Positions 15,642 to 22,452 of a DNA stretch of 38,297 nucleotides are shown piece by piece. This DNA comes from a virus (taxonomy: Duplodnaviria > Caudoviricetes): the IMG/VR virus record IMGVR_UViG_3300032257_000359, positions 1 to 38,297 of that record; one strand, 5' to 3'. Position 1 is the first letter of the stretch. Every line of letters starts with the position of its first letter. A model generated the notes under the pieces. It was not told the origin of the DNA and did not search any database. It was given only the letters and a program-made list of their open reading frames with translations. The position numbers and the translations under genes are program-made.

Positions 15642-15826
15642 CCGCCCGCGCCACCATCACTGCCGCCGCCATGTCCCGCGCGATCGCGGCGGCAAAAGAG
15701 GGGGTGCGCGTGATCATCGAGCCAGACGGGCGCACGATCATTGAATCCGCGACCGAGCCGAGGCAGGATGCCCCCTTGTCCGCATACGACGAGTGGAGGG
15801 CTAAACGTGGCCAGAGTTCATCTTGA
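15638..15826 (+). CDS. Small protein overlapping integrase start, putative excisionase/RDF
   Basis: 62 aa, immediately upstream of and overlapping int; function inferred from position only. Confidence 0.55.
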   Translation: MTARATITAAAMSRAIAAAKEGVRVIIEPDGRTIIESATEPRQDAPLSAYDEWRAKRGQSSS

Positions 15827-16886
15827 GCACATCGCCAAGACCCGCAAGACGCTGGCCGATGGCACGGTAAGAACCTACTACTACGCATGGCGCGGCGGGC
15901 CACGCCTGCCGGGAACGCCCGGATCGGCGGAATTCGTCGCGGCCTATACCGCAGCGCACGAAAAGCGGCCAGATCGCCACGCGGGCACACTGACCGGCCT
16001 CCTGAACGCCTATCAACGCAGCCCGTATTTCCTCGAAAAAGCCGATGCGACCAAGCGCGACTATCTGCGCCACATCCGCACAATCGAAACCGTGTTCGGG
16101 GATATGCCGGTCGCGGCGATGGCCGACCGGCGCGTGCGCGGTGACTTTTTCGATTGGCGCGACGATCTCGCAAAATCCAGCAAACGACAGGCCGACTATG
16201 CGCTGGCCGTGCTTGCGCTTATCCTCGCCTGGGCGGCGGATCGAGGGGCCGCGCCCTGCAATCCACTCGAGAAACCGGGCCGGGTTTACCGCGCCGGTCG
16301 CGCCGATTCCATCTGGTCAGAAGATGACGAAGCTGCGTTTCAGGCCGCAGCACCCGCACATTTGGCGCTGGCCCAGATCCTCGCGGCTGAGACCGGGCAG
16401 CGGCAGGGCGATCTTCTGCGTCTGACATGGGCAGCCTATGACGGCCAGTCGATCCGGCTGAAACAAAGCAAGCGCGGGCGGCGCGTCGTAGTGCCATGCA
16501 CCGCGCGTCTGAAAATGGCGCTGGACGCGGCGAGGCGGGCACGCGGCAACGCGGTCACGATCCTGACTACCACGCGCGGCACAGCCTGGACCAGCAGCGG
16601 GTTCCGCGCCAGCTGGAACAAAGTTCGGTGCGATCTGGGTGGGCTGACGTTCCACGACCTGCGCGGCACTGCGGCAACGCGGCTGGCCGAGGCCGGATGC
16701 AGTGTTCCAGAAATCGCCACGATCACCGGGCATTCGCTGGCCGAGGTCGAAACGATCCTCGATTCCCACTATCTCAGCCGCAGTCGAGGCATGGCAGAAT
16801 CGGCGATTTCGAAGCTCGATCAGCACAGAAACAGAACGAATTCTGCAAACCGCGCTGCAAACCGCCCCAAGAGCGTCCAGCCGTGA
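15807..16886 (+). CDS. int: Tyrosine recombinase (phage integrase)
   Basis: TGQRQGDL (R), QSK (K), FHDLRGT (HxxR), ITGH, SHY (Y); GGAGG SD before GTG 15807; adjacent to attP. Confidence 0.93.
   Translation: MARVHLEHIAKTRKTLADGTVRTYYYAWRGGPRLPGTPGSAEFVAAYTAAHEKRPDRHAGTLTGLLNAYQRSPYFLEKADATKRDYLRHIRTIETVFGDMPVAAMADRRVRGDFFDWRDDLAKSSKRQADYALAVLALILAWAADRGAAPCNPLEKPGRVYRAGRADSIWSEDDEAAFQAAAPAHLALAQILAAETGQRQGDLLRLTWAAYDGQSIRLKQSKRGRRVVVPCTARLKMALDAARRARGNAVTILTTTRGTAWTSSGFRASWNKVRCDLGGLTFHDLRGTAATRLAEAGCSVPEIATITGHSLAEVETILDSHYLSRSRGMAESAISKLDQHRNRTNSANRAANRPKSVQP
16843..16865 (+). repeat. Putative integrase arm-type sites (left)
   Basis: Tandem CTGCAAACCGC at 16843 and 16855; related AAACCGC copies at 17004 and 17016 and GCAAACC at 17054 on the other side of the core. 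Confidence 0.6.
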
Positions 16887-16921
16887 ATTCGGCAACAATC
16901 AACAATTACAATGAGTTGATC

Positions 16922-16966
16922 TGGTAGCGGAGGAGGGACTTGAACCCCCGACACGCGGATTATGAT
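16922..16966 (-). mobile_element. attP core: 3' half of a tRNA-Met(CAT) gene
   Basis: Minus strand ATCATAATCCGCGTGTCGGGGGTTCAAGTCCCTCCTCCGCTACCA contains the CAT anticodon loop, T-arm GGTTCAAGTCC and CCA end; no 5' half; 35 bp after int. Confidence 0.88.
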
Positions 16967-17193
16967 ACCAAGGCGAGCCGTTGATATCGCTGGGCATTGC
17001 CCCAAACCGCCCCCAAAACCGCGCTAGATAGATCAATGGGTTACAGGCGAAAAGCAAACCATCGGCGCTTGCTAATCAGCAACGATTTGTCACAATGGAA
17101 GGCCGGGACGTGACCTGCTGCTTCATAAGTTCAGGCGACCTCTCGGACCCTTGCGACACAAAGCCCAGCCTGACAGGCCGGTATCTCGATTAT

Positions 17194-17430
17194 TCAAGGT
17201 CTTCGCGCGCTCCAAATTGACAGCATTTCGAACGCTGCTTCGAGTGATGCGGCCTTGGCAAGGATGTTTATCCCTTTCCGTCCAATTGCCTCATTTGTCT
17301 CAAAGAGAAATAGCCCGCCAAATCCAAGGTGTTCAGCCTCGTTGTCTATGATAGTCTGGCGCGACAACGGCGCGATGTGAATCGCGCGTGAGTTGTCTAG
17401 TGCAGCAGTTCCAAGGGAACCTTCGATCAT
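17194..17430 (-). CDS. Hypothetical 78-aa protein (att-adjacent moron)
   Basis: MIEGSLGTAALDNSRAIHIAPLSRQ...; strong GGGAGG SD about 8 nt upstream on the minus strand. Confidence 0.5.
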   Translation of the reverse strand: MIEGSLGTAALDNSRAIHIAPLSRQTIIDNEAEHLGFGGLFLFETNEAIGRKGINILAKAASLEAAFEMLSIWSARRP

Positions 17431-18139
17431 GGCCTTGCCTCCCTCTCGTCCACGAATTTCCGCAAACGATCTCGCCCTATACATGGTTTCGTCCGACACG
17501 GCCCGAATGGGCATCATCAAACGGGCAGCAGAACCCCAGACCTACGTAACGACGCGCTACAAGGATGTTCGCGCGCCCATTAAGGCATTTCTAGCCGATC
17601 CAAACCGCCGCGTGAATCCCTTAAACGACGCTGAAACTATGTTTGAACAAAGGGCGGCTGATCCCGCGGAGTCATCCTTGAGGCAAGATGACGCTCGCCA
17701 GTCAATAGAGGTCATCCACGGCATCCATGGAATGGGCAACCAACTGGCAGGAAACCTGTTTCATACTGCGCCCAACTCGCAGCCTAAATTGTCCATATCT
17801 GGGATCGAGGTGTCGGTGCGGGCTGATCTTTGGGTTCACGGTGCGGCGCGCGGCGTGGATCAGATTGGCGGGGCGATCCTACGAATGACCCAAGACGATA
17901 CAGAGACCCCTACGGCAATCGCTAGGCGACGCGAAATGGGAACCTACGTCGCCACATTGATGCGAATGCACATTGACCAGAACAACCCGGATACCCAGCG
18001 GCAACCAGCCAACCGGCTATGCATGTCGATTGATGTGCGTCACGGACAAGTTTTCAACGCTCCGAACTCCAACACTCGGCGCATGAATGACATTCAGTCA
18101 GCTTGCACGGTCATTTCGGCGCTTTGGGGTCGGGTTTAG
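17429..18139 (+). CDS. Hypothetical 236-aa moron protein, possible degenerate PD-(D/E)XK-like fold
   Basis: MALPPSRPRISANDLALYM...; LSISGIEVSVRADL...GGAILR segment; more AT-rich codon usage; opposite strand to late operon. Confidence 0.7.
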   Translation: MALPPSRPRISANDLALYMVSSDTARMGIIKRAAEPQTYVTTRYKDVRAPIKAFLADPNRRVNPLNDAETMFEQRAADPAESSLRQDDARQSIEVIHGIHGMGNQLAGNLFHTAPNSQPKLSISGIEVSVRADLWVHGAARGVDQIGGAILRMTQDDTETPTAIARRREMGTYVATLMRMHIDQNNPDTQRQPANRLCMSIDVRHGQVFNAPNSNTRRMNDIQSACTVISALWGRV

Positions 18140-18245
18140 TTTGGGTTTTGTCACCGCGATCCGCTTGAACTGTAAGCCCGTGCCAATCATCAGGCTTGGC
18201 CCGTTGCACAGTGCCGACGAATTTGATCACCAATTCGCACGCCGC

Positions 18246-18494
18246 TTAGTCCGCATCACCGCCAGCCCACAGCACGACAAGCGCATGACGTTCGCCGCAG
18301 TCCAGCAGCGCCACACGGTCAGATCGCCACAGTGTCTCCACCTCCGCTTGCGTCATCGCCCGGACAGGTAGCACCACAGGAGCCGCGCACGGCGCAGCAA
18401 TTGCCTCCGGCGGCGGGTCACGGCGAACCCAACCGGCGCACGCTGTCAGCGCCAAGGCAGACGCGGCTAGCGTTACTATCGGCAAGTGCGGCAT
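18246..18494 (-). CDS. Outer-membrane spanin (Rz1-like lipoprotein)
   Basis: Signal peptide with lipobox LTAC, Pro-rich segment, C-terminal DR.ALLDC; start overlaps i-spanin 3' end. Confidence 0.8.
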   Translation of the reverse strand: MPHLPIVTLAASALALTACAGWVRRDPPPEAIAAPCAAPVVLPVRAMTQAEVETLWRSDRVALLDCGERHALVVLWAGGDAD

Positions 18495-18747
18495 TGTCCA
18501 AATCCTCTCGCAATCGGTCACGCTCTGCGGAAACCTGAGCCTGCGCATCGGCCATCCCGAGGATACGCGCCTGCGCCACCCGTTCTGCCGCCAGCGCCTG
18601 CGCCACACGGGCGGCATCACTATCGCGGCGGGTGTCGTAGCCGTGCCACCAAGCGCCGCCGTGTGTGGCAATCAGGGCGGCGGCGATCAGCGCGTAGCGG
18701 TTGCTGATCAGGCCAGCCAGTGCGGAAAATAGCGCGCGGGTAATCAT
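18418..18747 (-). CDS. Inner-membrane spanin (Rz-like)
   Basis: N-terminal TM, Ala-rich coiled coil, C-terminal Cys (VCLGADSVRRL). Confidence 0.75.
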   Translation of the reverse strand: MITRALFSALAGLISNRYALIAAALIATHGGAWWHGYDTRRDSDAARVAQALAAERVAQARILGMADAQAQVSAERDRLREDLDNAALADSNASRVCLGADSVRRLGSP

Positions 18748-19076
18748 ACCTGCATCCACATGATGAACGCCCAGACGACTTTGCAAGCGATGTGCAGTCC
18801 TTGGTCGGTATGGAAACCAAACCGACCTCGGCACTTAGCATCATCAATCAGCCAGTGCGCAGTCGTTTCGGCAAATCCCAGCCAGAGGCTTCCAGTCACG
18901 ATACCAACGAAACCACCATGAATCACAGAATGTGCCGCGAGCGGGTGGCGCCACGGCACGCCGGGGATTGGCGCGGTGCGGTTTTTCCCCCGCGCCAGAA
19001 AGTCGCCTTGCAATGGATAGTCGGCAAGCGCGTGTGCGAAAACCAACAGGGCGAGCATTTCCAGAAACGTGGTCAT
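18744..19076 (-). CDS. DUF3307-family membrane protein within lysis cassette
   Basis: AHALADYPLQ.D.LA.GK, HSVIH, HWLIDD.K, DQGLH motifs; ATGA-coupled to endolysin and spanin. Confidence 0.8.
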   Translation of the reverse strand: MTTFLEMLALLVFAHALADYPLQGDFLARGKNRTAPIPGVPWRHPLAAHSVIHGGFVGIVTGSLWLGFAETTAHWLIDDAKCRGRFGFHTDQGLHIACKVVWAFIMWMQV

Positions 19077-19594
19077 TCCAGCGCCTCGATGCACCGCGCG
19101 CGCTCAGCCCCGCGCCGATTGGTCAAGCCGCGAATTTCCGCGCCGCCCGCTCGGTTCCAGCGTGGCAGCTGCTCGCAGGCACCACGCCAGTCGTCTGCAT
19201 TGGCGAGCCGTGCGAGGGTCGATCGGCAGGCCGCGCCGGTGCCGACGTTGTATGACCACGAGACAAGCGCGACCTGCACACCCTCGGGTTGCTCCGGCAG
19301 TGCCGGAACGCACTCTGTCAGCGCGGTGCGAAACTCGGCCAGTCTCGCGGCCAGCATGTCGCGGCACTGCGCCTCGGTGTAGGTGTCGCCCTCCTGCACG
19401 CCGCGTGTCTCGCCGTAGCACACCGTCCAGACCGGCGGGCTGGCGATGGTGTCGAGATAGGCCGTCGTGCGCAGCCCCTCCCACGGGGCCACGAATGCGG
19501 CGATTGCGACAATGATCGCCGCACCCCCGCCTGACGCAGTTGTGCGGCGGCGCGTGCCAAACAGGCTGCGCAAAATATCAATGATCATCCCCAT
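19073..19594 (-). CDS. Endolysin, GH24 lysozyme with probable SAR domain
   Basis: WEG.RTTAYLD......WTVCYG.T, SYNVG.GA...STL, C.QL.RW..AGG....GL..RR..E; Gly/Ala-rich N-terminal GGGAAIIVAIAAFVA. Confidence 0.9.
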   Translation of the reverse strand: MGMIIDILRSLFGTRRRTTASGGGAAIIVAIAAFVAPWEGLRTTAYLDTIASPPVWTVCYGETRGVQEGDTYTEAQCRDMLAARLAEFRTALTECVPALPEQPEGVQVALVSWSYNVGTGAACRSTLARLANADDWRGACEQLPRWNRAGGAEIRGLTNRRGAERARCIEALE

Positions 19595-19820
19595 GCCCTC
19601 TCAGCAACAGTGTTTTGATGTCTTGACGCACCTCGGCCAGCATCGCGTTGGTGCTGACGCGCGCGTCCTTGGCCTCGGCCAGGTCTTCTTTGCGCTGGGT
19701 CCAGAGCCGCCGGATTTCCTTTTCGTTGGCCAGCCCGCGCGACTCCAGCCGGACCAGCCACGCCAGACCCGCAACCACCGACAGCAGGATCCCCCACCAG
19801 TCTCGTAGGATTTCAATCAT
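19578..19820 (-). CDS. Putative holin-like membrane protein
   Basis: Single N-terminal TM followed by coiled coil; immediately upstream of endolysin; GAGGG SD. Confidence 0.55.
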   Translation of the reverse strand: MIEILRDWWGILLSVVAGLAWLVRLESRGLANEKEIRRLWTQRKEDLAEAKDARVSTNAMLAEVRQDIKTLLLRGHGDDH

Positions 19821-19929
19821 CCCTCACCCCTCTATTTTTAGACTTGGGCCACGCGGGCAGCGCAGCGATTACGGCATTAACTGGTGGATTTTCTTGCGAG
19901 CCTTTTCATCGGTCATGTCACCCCCCCCG

Positions 19930-22389
19930 TCACAGCCAATTCCCCTCAACAGTCATGTGCGCCACAAGCGCCGCCGACGCCTGTGAGGCCGGTGCGAAAT
20001 GGAACACCGAAGCCGCCGTAGCTGTCACCGAATTGGTGAGAATGGATGCACTGGTCAGTGCGCCGGGCATACCCTCCATCACGGGCAGATCGCCGGTGGC
20101 GAACTCTTTGGGTAAGGTCCACGTCTGGCCGGTGTTTCTGAAGCCGCCCAAACACGCCGTGCCAATCGCGGCGGTCGTCGTCAGGCGGTGGCGGCAGCGC
20201 TGCGTGCCGTCCGCGAACCGGATCCATGATCCGTTCGCATTGTTGCCGCTGGACATGATCGTATGACCGGCAACCGGATGCCACGCTGTTCCGTCGCTCT
20301 CGAATGTGATGACCTGCCCAGCCCGTGTAACCAGATCGCCTGCGTGCGTGATATTTCCGCCATTTCCGATGGTCAGCGCGTCAGCAAAACGGATCGACAG
20401 GCGCGCGCCCGGCCACCTCATGCGGATGTTGTTGATCTGCGTCGTGCCCGTCACATAGATCGCAGCGAGTTCGGGCGGCGGCACGAGCGTGCCGGATGAG
20501 GCGACCGTTGCGCTGGCGTCGGACAGGCAGTCCACAATCCTGCCGTTAGGCAGTGCCGTCGCGTTGATCAATGCGGGACCGCTCACGTTGTGCAGAAGGT
20601 CCACATCGGCGACCAGCCAGTCGGTGACATTCGCCCCGATCAGAACACCATACGCTTGCGTCGCGGGGGTCGGGCCAGTGTTCTGGCCACCGGACTTGCC
20701 GCCAATCATGCGGAATTTCTGGCCCTCCTCTACCTGAACCCCAGCATAGACGCCAACATTGTTGTAGCTGTTCCCCCGCACATCAGCGCCATTCAGTGCA
20801 ATGTTTTCAACCAGAGGACTGTCGCACAAGAAGCCCTGCTGGTCGTATTCCGTGATGAAGGATGGTGCCAGACTGACAGTGTGAACATCCGCCGTCGCGT
20901 CAAGGTAGAAACCGATGCCTTTGTTGACTCCACCGCCACCCTTGAGATTGCCGCCGCGCCATTCAATATTCCTGATTTTGCCGCCGCCGACACCCGTCGA
21001 GACGAGGACGCCGTGACCGATGCCCGCGTCCGACATCGCGCCGTCGAACAGCACAAGGCCAATCCCGCCCGCAGTCGTGCTGTTCAGCCACACGTTAGCC
21101 TTCGTTGCGCCACCGAAATGACCGGTGCCAAAAAAGATGCCGTCTGCTGCATTGATTTCCACACAGCATTCGACATTGCCATTCGTGCCATTGGTGCGCA
21201 GGTTGTAGTTGTCGATGAAGATGTCGCCGGGGCCTCTCTCGACCCCTGCGTCGTCCCAATCCGTAAACTGCATGAGCCTGCGACCGACAACGCTCCCGCC
21301 GTAGAGATTGTCCCACAACATCCGGATGTTGTTGATGACGACTTGCGCCGCGCCAGCGCCGCGAATGCCGCCAAAACCATTTCTGAAAATGGTATTGGTG
21401 AGGAATGACGAATAGACACCGTTGAGGACCAGATGATCGCCGCTCGTCGTCAGGCCCTCGGATCTGAACTGCACGTTGAACAGATCGAAGCCGATCAGCT
21501 CAAACCCGGTCGCTGAGTTGCCGGTCGCATAGATCGTGTCGCCATAGTCGGTGTTACGCACGAATGCGGATGCGTGCGGACTGTGGCCGCGAATGGCGAT
21601 GTGTCGCTTGTTCACCACGCTGTTGGGCAATGTCCCGCCGACGGTCGGGTCAATGGTGGCCGTTCGGGTGAGGAGGTAGGGTTTGTCAAACATGTTGATC
21701 ACCCCGCCGCCAACCTCCGAAATGGCGCTCAGGGCCGCAGCCTCCAGTGCGTCGGTCATATCAGTGGTGCCCGGAACTGCGTGATCCACATAGTGATCCA
21801 GATAGATGTCACCGAGCGGCAACCATCCCGGCATATCCGCAATGCTCGTTGCACCTGCGCTTCGTGTCAGCCACAACGCGCGGAAACTATCGGACGGCAC
21901 GAGGCCATCATAAAAGCCTATCTTGGTGATGCTGGCCGGGATGCCCGCCGCGACCGCTGCAACCGCCGCCGCGCGATTGGCATAGGGCTGCGCGCCCGCC
22001 GACAGTGCCGACGCCTCGGCCTCGGCGGCGGACGCCGCCGCGCTGGCGGCTATCGTGCTGTCAATCGTCGTGGCCTGCCCGATGATCCCCCGGAGGTTCG
22101 CCGTGGCCTGCACCGGCACCGTGGCCGTGACCTGCTCGATACCCGCTTTGCCCTGATACAGGACGCGGTAAACGCCCGGCATGATATCGACACTAAACGC
22201 CGCTGTGGTGGCGTCTGTGGTTACTGACACGCTGGCGGCCAGCCCTGTTCCGACAACCGGCGAAATCAGGTGATCGCCGTCCAGCCCTTGCAGCGAGGCC
22301 ATGCGCTCAAATGTCATGACCGTGCTTGTCAGGAGCTCGCCCTGAGCGTCCTTCAGGACATCGGAAACCGTGCAGGCGGTGATTGGCAT
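19930..22389 (-). CDS. Tailspike/tail fibre with right-handed beta-helix (putative depolymerase)
   Basis: TDMTDALEAA...GGGVI pectate-lyase-like entry motif, Gly/Asn-rich beta-helix region, C-terminal NANGSWIRFADGTQRC fibre-tip motif; GAGGT SD. Confidence 0.8.
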   Translation of the reverse strand: MPITACTVSDVLKDAQGELLTSTVMTFERMASLQGLDGDHLISPVVGTGLAASVSVTTDATTAAFSVDIMPGVYRVLYQGKAGIEQVTATVPVQATANLRGIIGQATTIDSTIAASAAASAAEAEASALSAGAQPYANRAAAVAAVAAGIPASITKIGFYDGLVPSDSFRALWLTRSAGATSIADMPGWLPLGDIYLDHYVDHAVPGTTDMTDALEAAALSAISEVGGGVINMFDKPYLLTRTATIDPTVGGTLPNSVVNKRHIAIRGHSPHASAFVRNTDYGDTIYATGNSATGFELIGFDLFNVQFRSEGLTTSGDHLVLNGVYSSFLTNTIFRNGFGGIRGAGAAQVVINNIRMLWDNLYGGSVVGRRLMQFTDWDDAGVERGPGDIFIDNYNLRTNGTNGNVECCVEINAADGIFFGTGHFGGATKANVWLNSTTAGGIGLVLFDGAMSDAGIGHGVLVSTGVGGGKIRNIEWRGGNLKGGGGVNKGIGFYLDATADVHTVSLAPSFITEYDQQGFLCDSPLVENIALNGADVRGNSYNNVGVYAGVQVEEGQKFRMIGGKSGGQNTGPTPATQAYGVLIGANVTDWLVADVDLLHNVSGPALINATALPNGRIVDCLSDASATVASSGTLVPPPELAAIYVTGTTQINNIRMRWPGARLSIRFADALTIGNGGNITHAGDLVTRAGQVITFESDGTAWHPVAGHTIMSSGNNANGSWIRFADGTQRCRHRLTTTAAIGTACLGGFRNTGQTWTLPKEFATGDLPVMEGMPGALTSASILTNSVTATAASVFHFAPASQASAALVAHMTVEGNWL

Positions 22390-22403
22390 GTGAACCTCAA
22401 TGC

Positions 22404-22426
22404 AAAAAGCCCCGCTCAAGGCGGGG
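22404..22426 (-). terminator. Intrinsic terminator between tail-tip and tailspike genes
   Basis: Minus strand CCCCGC-CTTGA-GCGGGG followed by CTTTTT. Confidence 0.75.
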
Positions 22427-22452
22427 TCTGGTTATTCGTTTTTTCGGCGCTC

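Noticed and set aside
16922-16966. Functional phage tRNA gene
   Set aside because: Only the anticodon loop to CCA is present; D-arm and 5' acceptor strand are missing, so it is an att core
19930-22389. Diversity-generating retroelement or invertible tail-fibre system
   Set aside because: No reverse transcriptase or invertase gene, and no template/variable repeat pair noticed
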